From positions 1 through 62,910 of the forward strand of contig JAYVML010000200.1 of NCBI GenBank assembly GCA_043758955.1: 62,910 nt of DNA, read 5' to 3'. The position numbers and the translations under genes were made by a program. Position 1 is the first letter of the stretch. Every line of letters starts with the position of its first letter. Below are positions 31,264 to 41,459 of the stretch, piece after piece. The notes beneath the pieces were generated by a model. That model was not told the origin of the DNA and made no database searches. It saw nothing but the letters and a program-made list of their open reading frames with translations. Origin of the DNA: Novosphingobium sp. (GTDB taxonomy: Bacteria > Pseudomonadota > Alphaproteobacteria > Sphingomonadales > Sphingomonadaceae).

Positions 31264-32115
31264 TTAGCCCACCTGATACTGCCCGTGCCCGCCGTGCGCG
31301 CCATCTTTGGTCCTGCCATCAAGCGGCACCGCAGCATCGCGGCGCAGCGCCGCGGCGCCTGCGATCAGCCGGTCCTGTTGGTCTTCACTGAACTGCACCC
31401 AACCTTCACGGGTTAGCCGTTCGAGCGGGCGATAGCGGATCTTGTACTGCATCCGCACCGAACCTTCGACCCAATATCCCAGGTACACATATGGAAGTCC
31501 CTCTTGGGCGGCGCGGCGGATATGATCGAGGATGATATAGTTGCCAAGGCCCGAGCGGCCTGGTGCTTCGGGCTCATAAAAGCTGTAGACCATTGAAAGC
31601 CCGTCGCCCTGGCGGTCTGTCAGGCAGGCTCCAACCAACTTGCCGGGCACGCCATCCAGCGTCGCCTCGCGGTATTCGACCACCCAGCTATCGACCGGTG
31701 TATGTTCGACCATGTCGGCAAAATCGGCCTCGTCCATGGTCGCCATGCCGCCGCCGGGATGGCGTTCGCCAAGATAGCGCTGGAGCAGTTCGAACTGTTC
31801 AGCGGTCGACCACGGGCGGCATAGCGCGGTGACCAGATCGCTGTTGCGCTTAAGGTCGCGCTTTTGCGTCGACGATGGCCGAAATTCGCTCGCCATCACC
31901 CGCACCGAAATGCAGGCTGAGCAATCGAGGCACGAGGGGCGGTAGGACACGGTCTGGCTGCGGCGGAACCCGATCCGCCCCAATGCATCATTCAGCTCGT
32001 CCGCATGCGGACCTTTGAGTTCGGTGAAAACCTTGCGCTCACTGCGCCCTGGCAAATAGGGGCACGGCGCCGGGCTCGTGACGAAAAATCGGGGAAAACG
32101 CACAGGAGCAGTCAC
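31264..32115 (-). CDS. ate: Arginyltransferase-like / Asp-Glu leucyltransferase (Bpt family)
   Basis: PCPYLPG, GFRRSQ...[37 protein letters not shown]. Confidence 0.92.
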   Translation of the reverse strand: MTAPVRFPRFFVTSPAPCPYLPGRSERKVFTELKGPHADELNDALGRIGFRRSQTVSYRPSCLDCSACISVRVMASEFRPSSTQKRDLKRNSDLVTALCRPWSTAEQFELLQRYLGERHPGGGMATMDEADFADMVEHTPVDSWVVEYREATLDGVPGKLVGACLTDRQGDGLSMVYSFYEPEAPGRSGLGNYIILDHIRRAAQEGLPYVYLGYWVEGSVRMQYKIRYRPLERLTREGWVQFSEDQQDRLIAGAAALRRDAAVPLDGRTKDGAHGGHGQYQVG

Positions 32116-32256
32116 AACGCGCCAATATCCCTAACAGCAGATAGAGGCGGCACTATGTAGAGTCATACGGCGTCTTGAAAGTCTTTTAACCACAAAACAG
32201 GGTAAACGAGGTGTTATTATGCACAGTGCGTCAGTGCGCTGGCGGCTGTCCTTGGC

Positions 32257-33495
32257 CTAGCCCAGCTCGACCGTATCCACTTCGTAGCCGGCCTTGCGCA
32301 AACTCGCCACCAGCCCGTCGAGCTGCTCCTTGTCGCGCGCTTCGCACTCAATATCGGTGATCAGGCCCTTGGCTGGCAAGTGCGTGAAGATCCGCTGGTG
32401 ATAAATCTCGATGATGTTGACATTGTGCCGGTTAAATTCGCCCATCACTTTAAACAAGGCGCCGGGGCGATCCTGTAGGGTCAGTCGCAGCCGCGCCAGC
32501 CGGCCCGAACGGGCCAGATCGCGCAGCAACACATTCGCCAGTAAGCGGGTATCGATATTGCCGCCGCAGATCGGAATTCCGACCTTGCGGCCTTTGAAGC
32601 GTTCTGGATACGCCAGCACCGCCGCCAGACCCGCCGCGCCAGCGCCTTCCGCCACGGTTTTTTCGATCTGCAATAGCAGCGAGACCGCGCTTTCCAGCTG
32701 CGCCTCGCTGACCAGCAGAATATCGTCGAGCAGGCCTTCGAGCACTTTGGACGTAAATGGGCCCGGTTCCTTAACCGCGATCCCTTCGGCCAGCGTATCA
32801 CCGCCGCACGGCAGGTCGGTGTGCTTCAGCCGGTTGTACATCGAGGGGAACAGCTGTGCCTCCACCCCGATCAGGCCGATGTCAGGCTTGATCGCGCGCG
32901 CGGCGGTGCCCATTCCCGAAGCCAGCCCGCCGCCGCCGATGGGGATGACCAGCATGTCAAGCTCGGGCACTTGGCTCAGCATTTCAAGTGCCACCGTGCC
33001 TTGTCCCGCCGCGACATGCGGATCGTCGAACGGGTGGACGAACGTCAACCCCAGCTCGTCTTCCAGCAGGCGGGCGTGAGCATAGGCTTCGTCAAAGCTT
33101 TCGCCGTGAAGCACCACCGTGCCGCCAAGCACTTCGGTCTGCATAGCCTTCACCGTCGGCGTGTTGCGGGGCATGACGATGGTCACCGGGACGCCCAATC
33201 GCGTGCCATGATAAGCCAGCCCCTGCGCGTGATTGCCCGCCGAAGCGGCAATCACTCCGCGGTTGCACTGCTCGCCGCCGAGCAACAGCATCGCGTTAAG
33301 CGCGCCGCGTTCCTTGAACGAAGCGGTAAATTGCAAATTCTCAAACTTGAGCCAGATGTCCGCCCCGGTGATCTGTGACAGCGTGCGGCTGTAATCCATC
33401 GCGGTCATCACCACCGCGCCCTCGATCCGCGCCGCGGCTGCGCGAATATCAGCAATGGTGAGCAGTGAAGCGGAGGGATTGGCCGGAATGTTCAT
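32257..33495 (-). CDS. ilvA: Threonine ammonia-lyase with C-terminal ACT domain
   Basis: KFENLQFTASFKERGA, SAGNHAQG, HPFDD, GQGT, IGGGGL, GGNID, DRPGAL. Confidence 0.92.
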   Translation of the reverse strand: MNIPANPSASLLTIADIRAAAARIEGAVVMTAMDYSRTLSQITGADIWLKFENLQFTASFKERGALNAMLLLGGEQCNRGVIAASAGNHAQGLAYHGTRLGVPVTIVMPRNTPTVKAMQTEVLGGTVVLHGESFDEAYAHARLLEDELGLTFVHPFDDPHVAAGQGTVALEMLSQVPELDMLVIPIGGGGLASGMGTAARAIKPDIGLIGVEAQLFPSMYNRLKHTDLPCGGDTLAEGIAVKEPGPFTSKVLEGLLDDILLVSEAQLESAVSLLLQIEKTVAEGAGAAGLAAVLAYPERFKGRKVGIPICGGNIDTRLLANVLLRDLARSGRLARLRLTLQDRPGALFKVMGEFNRHNVNIIEIYHQRIFTHLPAKGLITDIECEARDKEQLDGLVASLRKAGYEVDTVELG

Positions 33496-33555
33496 GACGC
33501 TCGCGCCCTAATCGAAACGGGTGCGCCCTGCAAACAGCGATGCACCCTTTCGCTG

Positions 33556-33924
33556 CTAGGCTCGCCGCGCCAGCAGCAACCGCGCCAGCAAAGTCACTGC
33601 AAGGATCGCGAAACTGTCCGCCAACCAATCGTGAAAATCGCTGTCGCGGTGCAATATACTAATCGCTTGCAGCAGTTCGATCGCCGCGCCGAACGCCGAC
33701 AACCACAGCGCTATCGTCCAGCGCGAGCTGGTCTGCCAGGCGAGATTTGCCACGCCGGTCAGTACCGCAAAGGCCAGCATATGCTCGAACTTGTCACCAA
33801 ACCGGTCAATCGGCAATTGCGGAGGCTTGGGCAGCAGCGCCATGACCAGCGCAAACAACGCCAGCAGCCAGAACAGGGGCCGCAGCACTTGCTGCGCCAA
33901 CAATTTTCCTACCAATGCCTGCAT
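33556..33924 (-). CDS. VanZ-like membrane protein
   Basis: DKFEHMLAF, GAAIELLQ, RDSD..DWLAD. Confidence 0.8.
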   Translation of the reverse strand: MQALVGKLLAQQVLRPLFWLLALFALVMALLPKPPQLPIDRFGDKFEHMLAFAVLTGVANLAWQTSSRWTIALWLSAFGAAIELLQAISILHRDSDFHDWLADSFAILAVTLLARLLLARRA

Positions 33925-34008
33925 GCTGCCATGCCTTAGTGAGCCGCGCTGCAAACGCAATTGCAATAGCGCTGGCGGCGCACTGCAAAGCGGTTAATAG
34001 CTGCAACT

Positions 34009-34905
34009 ATGACTACTCCCCTGAACGTTTCTTTCCTGGGTCTGGGCGTGATGGGTGGCGCCATTGCGCGGCACATCGCCGCCGCCGGGCATCACCTGAC
34101 GATTTTTAACCGCACCCCGGCGCGCGCCGCCAAGTGGCGCGAGGCGAACCCCGGGCTGACCGTACGGCAGGTTGCCAGCCCGGCTGAGGCCGCCGCTGGA
34201 GCCGATGTTGTGCTGACCTGCGTGGGCAACGACGATGACTTGGCCGATGTGGTGCTGGGACCGACGGGCGTGTTCTCGACGATCCAGCCCGGCGCGACAT
34301 TCATTGATCACACCACCGTCTCAGCCCGAATCGCGCGGCAGATCGCGGTCGAGGCCCGCGACCTGCAGGTTCACTGCGTGGATGCGCCGGTTACTGGGGG
34401 GCAGGCCGGAGCCGAGAGCGGGCAGTTGACCGTGATGTGCGGCGGCCGTGCCGATGCGATTGAAGCGGCGCGGGCGGTGATGGAGGCCTATACCAAGCGG
34501 ATCGTCCACGTCGGCAAGGCCGGCGCGGGACAGACCACCAAGATGGTCAACCAGATCGCCTTTTCAGGCATCATCGCCACCCTGTCCGAGGCGCTGCGTT
34601 TTGCCGAAGCCGCGCATCTTGATCTTGAAAAGGTTTATCAGGCGATCTCGGGCGGAGCCTCGCAGTCATGGCAAATGGACAACCGCTGGAAAACCATGTG
34701 CGACGACAGCTTCGATTTCGGGTTCGCGGTCGATTGGATGCGCAAGGACATGGGTTTGGCATTGGAAGAAGGTCGCTCGCTGGGGGTCTCTTTGCCGGTA
34801 GCGGCGCTGATCGACCAGTTCTTTGCAGAAGTGCAAGCAATAGGCGGCGGACGGCAGGATACCTCGGCGCTGGTGCGCCGGTTGCCGCATCGAGGGTCGA
34901 TATAA
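34009..34905 (+). CDS. NAD(P)-dependent oxidoreductase, 3-hydroxyisobutyrate dehydrogenase family
   Basis: FLGLGVMG, NRT, DAPVTGG, G.GQTTKMVNQ, KDMGLAL. Confidence 0.92.
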   Translation: MTTPLNVSFLGLGVMGGAIARHIAAAGHHLTIFNRTPARAAKWREANPGLTVRQVASPAEAAAGADVVLTCVGNDDDLADVVLGPTGVFSTIQPGATFIDHTTVSARIARQIAVEARDLQVHCVDAPVTGGQAGAESGQLTVMCGGRADAIEAARAVMEAYTKRIVHVGKAGAGQTTKMVNQIAFSGIIATLSEALRFAEAAHLDLEKVYQAISGGASQSWQMDNRWKTMCDDSFDFGFAVDWMRKDMGLALEEGRSLGVSLPVAALIDQFFAEVQAIGGGRQDTSALVRRLPHRGSI

Positions 34906-36575
34906 TGCGCGCACTACTGTTTGCCGGGGCCGCTCTGCTGGTACTGTCGGGCCCCGCATTCGCCGACACGCTGCTCGACAATATCGACGGGGTGACGCTC
35001 GATGCCAGCAATGCAATCGATCACTTCACCGCCTTGGTAATCGGCGATGATGGCCGGGTGACCAAGGTGCTGCACCGCGGCGACAAACGCCCGCGCACGA
35101 CCTTTCTGATCGACGGCCAAGGCAAGTTCGTCATGCCCGGGCTGATCGATAGCCATGCGCATGTGATGCAGACGGGATTCGCGGCGATGACGCTCGATTT
35201 GTCAGAGACGCATTCGCTGGCTGAAGCGCTGACCAAAATCGCCGCCTACGCCAAGGCCCATCCCGACCGGACGTGGATTTTGGGGCGCGGCTGGAACCAG
35301 GAATTGTGGGCCGACCAGCGCTATCCTACTGCCGCAGATCTCGACGCGATCGTGCCCGGCCAACCAGTCTGGCTTGAGCGGGTTGACGGCCACGCGGGCT
35401 GGGCCAACAGCCGCGCGCTGAGCATGGCCGGGGTCAGTGCCGCCACGCGCGATCCGGCGGGCGGCAGGATTGAACGCCTGGCCCCGGGCGGCAAACCCGC
35501 CGGGGTGCTGATCGACAATGCCAAAGCACTAGTCGCCAAGGCCGTGCCCCCGCCCCGCCCCGAAGACCGCGACTATGCCTTTGCAGTCGCACAGGACATC
35601 TTCTTCAGCCACGGCGTTACTACCACCACCGACATGGGCACCGGGATCGAGGACTGGCAGACCTATCGCCGGGCGGGCGATACCGGGCGGCTGCGGATGC
35701 GGGTGATGGTTTACGCGCTCGGGGTCGACAACATGGTGCTGATCGGCGGCACCGGACCCACTCCGTGGCTGTATGATGACCGGCTGCGGCTCAACGGGGT
35801 CAAGCTCTTTGCCGACGGCGCGCTCGGTTCGCGCGGAGCCAGCCTAAAAGCGCCCTATAGCGATGCTCCCGCCACCAAAGGGCTGCGAATTACGACCGAC
35901 ACCCAGCTTAAGAACCTGATGAGCCGCGCCGCACTCGATCACTTCCAGGTCGCGGTGCACGCGATTGGCGATGAAGCCAATAGCGCCGTGCTCGGCGCGA
36001 TCGAGGAACTGGCGCCGACCTATGGCGGGGATCGGCGCTGGCGGATCGAGCACGCCCAGATCGTTGATCCGGCCGACATCGCGCGGTTTGGCCATCATGG
36101 CATCATCGCCTCGATGCAGCCGGTACACCAAACGTCGGACCGGCTGATGGCCGAAAAGCGGCTTGGCCCGAACCGGCTCAAAGGGGCCTATGCGTGGAAA
36201 TCGATCCAGGCGACCGGGGCCAGGCTGGCGTTCGGCTCGGACACACCGGTTGAAATTCCCGATCCGTTCGCCGGGATGGCCGCCGCGATCAGCCGCCAAG
36301 GCCCGGACGGCGAGCCGCAAGGCGGATGGCAGCCGCAGGAACGCGTCACCCGCGAGGAAGCGCTGGCGGCCTATACCGTCAACGGCGCTTACGCCGGGTT
36401 TGCCGAGGGCCGCTTTGGCCGGCTGGTGGCCGGCGAACGCGCCGACTTTATCATGGTCGACCGCGATCCGCTGCTGTCGAGCCCAGCCGATCTGGCGCAA
36501 ACCAAGGTGAGCCGGGTGTTCGTGGCCGGGGTGCAAGTGTGGGACGTTAAGACCGCGAAGAAGCCTGGCAGCTAA
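34905..36575 (+). CDS. Secreted amidohydrolase (YtcJ/amidohydrolase-3 like)
   Basis: Signal peptide (PAFA-D), PGLIDSHAH, DGH, KLFADGALGSR, HAIGD, RIEHAQ, FGSD; TAATG coupling to the upstream gene. Confidence 0.9.
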   Translation: MRALLFAGAALLVLSGPAFADTLLDNIDGVTLDASNAIDHFTALVIGDDGRVTKVLHRGDKRPRTTFLIDGQGKFVMPGLIDSHAHVMQTGFAAMTLDLSETHSLAEALTKIAAYAKAHPDRTWILGRGWNQELWADQRYPTAADLDAIVPGQPVWLERVDGHAGWANSRALSMAGVSAATRDPAGGRIERLAPGGKPAGVLIDNAKALVAKAVPPPRPEDRDYAFAVAQDIFFSHGVTTTTDMGTGIEDWQTYRRAGDTGRLRMRVMVYALGVDNMVLIGGTGPTPWLYDDRLRLNGVKLFADGALGSRGASLKAPYSDAPATKGLRITTDTQLKNLMSRAALDHFQVAVHAIGDEANSAVLGAIEELAPTYGGDRRWRIEHAQIVDPADIARFGHHGIIASMQPVHQTSDRLMAEKRLGPNRLKGAYAWKSIQATGARLAFGSDTPVEIPDPFAGMAAAISRQGPDGEPQGGWQPQERVTREEALAAYTVNGAYAGFAEGRFGRLVAGERADFIMVDRDPLLSSPADLAQTKVSRVFVAGVQVWDVKTAKKPGS

Positions 36576-37372
36576 GGTAAAATTGTGGGTGGTTCGATCG
36601 GAGCGGCAGCCGCCTTGGCCTCGCGCCGTTCGCCCAACCACATTATCACCAGCGAGCCTTCGAACAGCAGCAGCAGCGGCACAAGCAGCAGGATCTGGCT
36701 GAGCAGGTCGGGCGGAGTGATCACCGCCGCGACGGCGGTCAGGACGACGATCACATAGCGGCGCAGCCCGACCAGCTGCTTGCGGCTGACGATCCCGGCG
36801 CGGTTAAGCAGCAGCAGCAGCACCGGCAGCAGAAAGCTGATCCCGAACGCCAGAATGAACTGCATCACCAGCCCCAGATAGTCCCCGGCGGCGGGCAGCG
36901 CTTCGATATTAAGACCGCCTTTCTGACCCTGGAACCCCAGCAGCCATTTGAACGCGGTCGGCATCACGACATAATAAGCCAGCGCCGCGCCACCCGTAAA
37001 CAGCACCGGGGTGGCGATCAGGAACGGCAGAAACGCGCGCTTTTCCTTGGCATAAAGCCCGGGCGCGACGAACGCCCAGATCTGATTGGCGATCACCGGA
37101 AAGCTGATGAAAAAGGCCGCGAACAGTGCCACCTTCATTTCGACGAAGAACGCCTCGTAGAGCTTGGTGTAAACCAGCTTGCCTTGCCCCGGCGGGAACG
37201 CGGCGGTTAGCGGCCGGATCAGGAAACCGAAGATGTCGCTGGCAAAATAGAGGCACACCGCGAAGGCCACCACCAGCACCGCAATCACCCGCAGCAGCCG
37301 CGCGCGCAGTTCGACCAGATGATCGAGCAGCGGCGCCTGCGTTTGATCGATGTCGGGAATTTCAAACGCCAT
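36572..37372 (-). CDS. tatC: Twin-arginine translocase TatC
   Basis: PLLDHLVELRARL, FVAPGLY..E, ITPPDLLSQ. Confidence 0.96.
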   Translation of the reverse strand: MAFEIPDIDQTQAPLLDHLVELRARLLRVIAVLVVAFAVCLYFASDIFGFLIRPLTAAFPPGQGKLVYTKLYEAFFVEMKVALFAAFFISFPVIANQIWAFVAPGLYAKEKRAFLPFLIATPVLFTGGAALAYYVVMPTAFKWLLGFQGQKGGLNIEALPAAGDYLGLVMQFILAFGISFLLPVLLLLLNRAGIVSRKQLVGLRRYVIVVLTAVAAVITPPDLLSQILLLVPLLLLFEGSLVIMWLGERREAKAAAAPIEPPTILP

Positions 37373-37803
37373 TACTTGGCCTTTGCGCGCGGTTTGGCGG
37401 TGGCGCGTGGTTTGGTGGTGGCGCGCGGTTTGGCCGCCGATTTCGAAGCCGACTGCTTCTTCGCGCGAGGCTGCTTGGATACTGGCACCGGTTCAACCGG
37501 GGCTGGCAGCGGCGTCATCAGCGTCCCGGGATTGGTCCCGACCAGCGCGGCGTCTGCCGCTGCCTCTGGCGGGTGCGCGGCCATGATCGCCTCGTTCTGC
37601 TCGCGCCAATTCTTTTCCATATCCTCCATCTCGGCCTCACGGATCATGGTTTCGATGCCTGAGCGGAAATGGCCCGAAACGCGGCGGATCTTGCCGATCC
37701 ACTGGCCGGCGGTGCGCAGCGCGCGCGGCAAATCCTTGGGGCCGATCACCACGATCGCGATGATCGCGGTGAACAGCATTTCATCCCAGCCGATATCGAA
37801 CAT
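37372..37803 (-). CDS. tatB: Twin-arginine translocase TatB
   Basis: MFDIGWDEM..IVVIGPKDLP. Confidence 0.95.
   Translation of the reverse strand: MFDIGWDEMLFTAIIAIVVIGPKDLPRALRTAGQWIGKIRRVSGHFRSGIETMIREAEMEDMEKNWREQNEAIMAAHPPEAAADAALVGTNPGTLMTPLPAPVEPVPVSKQPRAKKQSASKSAAKPRATTKPRATAKPRAKAK
37385..37433. repeat. Three 18-bp-period tandem units encoding the KPRA(T/K) tail of TatB
   Basis: GCGCG(C/T)GGTTTGG at 37385, 37403 and 37421. Confidence 0.85.
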
Positions 37804-37830
37804 GCTGCGTCCCCGCCCAGCTGGCGCGGC

Positions 37831-38079
37831 TTACTGCGGCGGCTGCTTGGCGGGATCGATGACGTGTTCACCGTTCAGCGTCGCCTGCCCGGTTGCCGCG
37901 GGAGGTATCTGCGGTGGCGCAGTCGGCGGCTGGGGATGGGCTTCCTCCGCCATGCCTTGCTTGAAGCTCTTTACGCCCTTGCCAAAATCGCCCATAAATT
38001 CGGACACCTTGCCGCGCCCGAACAGCACGAGCACCACCAGCGCGAACACGACGATATGGATGGGCGACAAACCGAACAT
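37831..38079 (-). CDS. tatA: Twin-arginine translocase TatA
   Basis: TM followed by LFGRGK...[15 protein letters not shown]; ATG 38079 with GGAG RBS. Confidence 0.95.
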   Translation of the reverse strand: MFGLSPIHIVVFALVVLVLFGRGKVSEFMGDFGKGVKSFKQGMAEEAHPQPPTAPPQIPPAATGQATLNGEHVIDPAKQPPQ

Positions 38080-38142
38080 CAGATTACTCCTGCACTGGCG
38101 GGCGCGCGGCAAACGAACGCGCGGCATCGCTCGCAGTCCCAC

Positions 38143-38766
38143 TTAAGCGCTTTCGTCTTCGCTTTCCAGTGCGCCGGTCGGATTTTCGGGCGCATCGTCG
38201 ATGTCGCCAGGAACATCCAGAGCCGCAGCCAGCGCATCTTCGACCGGGTCAAGCAGCCCGGCGGCGCGCAAATCGTCGATCCCGGGCAGGTCCTTGCGGC
38301 TGGCCAATCCAAAATGGGTGAGGAAATCGGGGGTGGTGGCATAGATCACCGGCCGCCCCGGCACCTCGCGCCGCCCGGTGATCCGCACCCAGCCCGCTTC
38401 CATCAGCACGTCGAGCGTACCCTTGGCGGTCTGCACCCCGCGGATCGATTCGATTTCGGCGCGGCTGACCGGCTCGTGATAGGCGACGATCGCCAGAACT
38501 TCGGTCGCCGCGCGGCTGAGACGGCGGACCTCCTCGCGCTCGCGGCGCAGCAAGTGCGCGAGATCGGGCGCGGTCTGGAAATGCCAGCGCCCGCCGCGCT
38601 CGACCAGCTCGATCCCGCGTCCGGCGTACGTCGCGGCGAGCTCCGCCAAGGCATCCTCCACCGCCGCGCCGCCCAGATGGAGCGAGATCGCCGCTGCGCT
38701 CAGCGGGGCTTCGGCGGCAAACAAGGTCGCCTCGACCGCGCGGACCAGGTCGTCGGGTGGCGTCAA
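38143..38766 (-). CDS. scpB: SMC-Scp complex subunit ScpB
   Basis: EATLFA, LSRAA.EVLAIVAY.EPVSRAEIE.IRGV, GRP..Y.TT..FL.HFGL. Confidence 0.95.
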   Translation of the reverse strand: MTPPDDLVRAVEATLFAAEAPLSAAAISLHLGGAAVEDALAELAATYAGRGIELVERGGRWHFQTAPDLAHLLRREREEVRRLSRAATEVLAIVAYHEPVSRAEIESIRGVQTAKGTLDVLMEAGWVRITGRREVPGRPVIYATTPDFLTHFGLASRKDLPGIDDLRAAGLLDPVEDALAAALDVPGDIDDAPENPTGALESEDESA

Positions 38767-39569
38767 CTTCTGATCCCGCGCAGCATCAGCGGCCCGAACG
38801 GCGCGTCCTGCGCCAGCTCAGCCTTACCGATCCGCGCCAGTTCAAGCGCGGCGACAAAGCTGGATGCCAGCGCCGAGCGCCGCAATTTGGGTTCTGCATA
38901 AGGCGGCAGGAAATCGCGCAGCTCCATCCAATCGAGATTGACCCCGAGCATCGCCGAGACCCGCGACAGCGCCGAATCGAGCGTCATCACCATCCGGTCA
39001 CGGACCATGTGCACCACCGGCTGGGTGCGCGCCTTGACCTGCCCGTAAGCCTGGACCAGCGCGAACCAATCGCACTGCCACAGGACCTTGCGATCGATCC
39101 GCAGCCCATCGGGCGCGCCGCGCACCCAGGTATCGCGGCCGAGCCGATCCCGCCCTAACAGGCGACCCGCCGCATCGCGCATCGCGGCCAGCCGCTGGAG
39201 CCGCAGCTGCAGCCGCATCGCCAGCTCTTCGGGGCTGGGGTCGGCCTGCTCCTCACGCGGGAGCAGCAGCGAGGATTTAAGGAATGCCAGCCACGCCGCC
39301 ATCACCAGATAGTCTGCCGCCAGTTCCAGCCGCAGCGCTTCGGCCTGCTCGATATAGTTCAGATATTGGTCAACCAATCCAAGGATCGAGATCTTGCGCA
39401 GATCGACCCTCTGCCGCCGCGCCAGATCGAGCAACAGGTCGAGCGGACCTTCCCAGCCATCGAGTTCAAGATACAGCGCGCTATCATCCTGCGCCGCGCC
39501 GCCGATGCCGAGCCACTCATCTTCGGCAAAGCTGACCACCGGCCCGTCGATCAGGTCTTGTTCGTTCAT
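38763..39569 (-). CDS. scpA: Segregation and condensation protein ScpA
   Basis: EGPLDLLL.L, AADYLVMAAWL..LKS.LLLP, F.A.LEL. Confidence 0.95.
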   Translation of the reverse strand: MNEQDLIDGPVVSFAEDEWLGIGGAAQDDSALYLELDGWEGPLDLLLDLARRQRVDLRKISILGLVDQYLNYIEQAEALRLELAADYLVMAAWLAFLKSSLLLPREEQADPSPEELAMRLQLRLQRLAAMRDAAGRLLGRDRLGRDTWVRGAPDGLRIDRKVLWQCDWFALVQAYGQVKARTQPVVHMVRDRMVMTLDSALSRVSAMLGVNLDWMELRDFLPPYAEPKLRRSALASSFVAALELARIGKAELAQDAPFGPLMLRGIRS

Positions 39570-40579
39570 GCCGCCGCCAGTTCGAGCAAGGCATCGCGCT
39601 TGGCGAGCAGTTCGGCTTGGTCGGCTTGTTCGCTATCCAGCCCCATCCCGGCCAGCGCGCGCTCCAGCCGCACCTGCCCGGCGGCGGTCAGCGCGGGCAG
39701 CCGCGCACAGATCCCCGCCATATCGTCCATTTTTGCCCAACAATTAAGCGCCACATCGCAGCCCGCCGCAATTGCTCGCTCGGCCCGTTCGGGCACGGTT
39801 CCGCTCAAGGCTTCCATATCCAGATCGTCGGTCAGCAGCAGTCCGTCAAAACCGATCGCGCCGCGAATCACCTGCTCGACCACAAACTTCGACTGGGTGG
39901 CGGCATGATCCGGGTCCCAGGCGGTGAACAGCAGATGCCCGGTCATCCCAATCGCAGCATGGCGTAGCGCTTTGAATGGAGCCAGATCGGCTTCGAGCTC
40001 GGCCGCGCTGGCGGTGACTGTGGGCATCGCCTGGTGCGTATCGCACATGGTCCGCCCGTGGCCCGGCATGTGTTTGATCGTGCCCTGGACCCCGGCCCGC
40101 GCCAACCCATCGAGCACTGCGCGGCCCAAGGCGGCGACCCGCATCGGCTCATGTCCATAGGCGCGGTCACCGATCACATCGTTGGCATCGGCTTGCCGCA
40201 CATCGAGCACCGGGGCGTGGGTGCAAGTGATCCCGACCTCAGCCAGATCGATCCCCATGGCCTGCGCATTGACCCGCGCCGCCTCGATCGCGCTGGCCGG
40301 AGCCAGATCGTAGAGCCGGTCGAACACCGCGCCAGCGGGATAAGCCGGCCACTCCGGCGGCTTCATCCGCTGGACCCGGCCGCCCTCCTGATCGATCGTA
40401 ATCAACAGCTGGTCGCGGCCTTGAATCGCGCGAAGATCGTCGGTCAAGGCGCGCAATTGCGCACGGCTTTCGACATTGCGGCCGAACACGATGTAGCCAG
40501 CGGGATCGGCCTCATGGAAAAAAGCACGCTCGTCGGCGCTTAGGGCAGTTCCAGAAAGGCCAAAGATCGCAGGGGTCAT
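39566..40579 (-). CDS. nagZ: Beta-N-acetylhexosaminidase (GH3)
   Basis: DQEGGRVQR, APVLD, IGDRA, KHMPGHG...DTH, TDDLDM; ATG 40579. Confidence 0.94.
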   Translation of the reverse strand: MTPAIFGLSGTALSADERAFFHEADPAGYIVFGRNVESRAQLRALTDDLRAIQGRDQLLITIDQEGGRVQRMKPPEWPAYPAGAVFDRLYDLAPASAIEAARVNAQAMGIDLAEVGITCTHAPVLDVRQADANDVIGDRAYGHEPMRVAALGRAVLDGLARAGVQGTIKHMPGHGRTMCDTHQAMPTVTASAAELEADLAPFKALRHAAIGMTGHLLFTAWDPDHAATQSKFVVEQVIRGAIGFDGLLLTDDLDMEALSGTVPERAERAIAAGCDVALNCWAKMDDMAGICARLPALTAAGQVRLERALAGMGLDSEQADQAELLAKRDALLELAAA

Positions 40580-40647
40580 AGTGCCGGACAAAATCGCAGC
40601 AACGCGCCGCGCTGGCAAGTGCCGCCTGGTGGACATGTGTGGAAACA

Positions 40648-40731
40648 CGTCGTCCCGGGCTTGACCGTGGATCGCTGGCAGCACGGGCAGGCCATGGCGG
40701 ACAGCGGTCCCGGATCAAGCCCGGGACGACG
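40648..40731. repeat. REP-like palindrome, family A copy 2
   Basis: CGTCGTCCCGGGCTTGACC..GGATCGCTG ... CAGCGGTCCCGGATCAAGCCCGGGACGACG. Confidence 0.85.
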
Positions 40732-40737
40732 AAGCCG

Positions 40738-41457
40738 CTATTTGACCTGACACGAAATTCCCGCGGCTTTAAGCTTGCTGCACAGCGCGCTCGCTGTGGC
40801 GGCATCGGGTGAGACCGCTTGCAGGCGGTAAATTGTGCCGTTGTCAGCCGTGCCTGCGATCACGCGGTGCGATATGCCCGACAGCGCGCCGCCGGCTTGC
40901 CCGGCCAGCTTTGCCCAGCCGGTTTCAGCGGCATCCTTGGATGAGAACGCGCCGACCTGAACGCCAACGCCGCCACTGGCTGCTGCTGGCGCCTTCGCGC
41001 CCGCAGCGGACTTGATTTCCGCGGCCGGCTTTGCGCTGCTGTCCACCATCTGCGCCGGCTTGTTCTTGCCTTCGGACACCGCAAAGCTGGTATCCCCGGT
41101 CCCGTCAAAGGTCTTGCCGCCGGGATCCTTGGGCGCTTGCTTGTAGGGCCGGCTGCCGGCCGGGATCAGGCTGCCATCCGCCACCAGCGCAGGATCGGGA
41201 TTGCGGTGCGAGGCCCAGTAAATCCCGCCGACAATCGCTACCAGCGCGGCCAAAGCCATTAGGCCGAGACGCAGCATGTGCGAGCCATCGCTGCCGTCGT
41301 AGTCTTCGTCAAACCCATCGTCAGAGCTTTCCAGCCAAGGGAGCCGTTCATCCTCGTCGGCGAGTGCGAGTTGCTCGGTTTCCAGCGGTTCGCCGTGGCT
41401 GTCGTCCCCTTCGGTTGCGCCATTTACCCCGTCACGATCTCCATCGATGCCCATCAT
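40738..41457 (-). CDS. SPOR-domain membrane protein (FtsN-like position)
   Basis: LPWLES, single TM, K..P.DPGG, C-terminal VQVGAFSS...YRLQA...A..LC.KLK..G.SC. Confidence 0.85.
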   Translation of the reverse strand: MMGIDGDRDGVNGATEGDDSHGEPLETEQLALADEDERLPWLESSDDGFDEDYDGSDGSHMLRLGLMALAALVAIVGGIYWASHRNPDPALVADGSLIPAGSRPYKQAPKDPGGKTFDGTGDTSFAVSEGKNKPAQMVDSSAKPAAEIKSAAGAKAPAAASGGVGVQVGAFSSKDAAETGWAKLAGQAGGALSGISHRVIAGTADNGTIYRLQAVSPDAATASALCSKLKAAGISCQVK

Positions 41458-41459
41458 GA

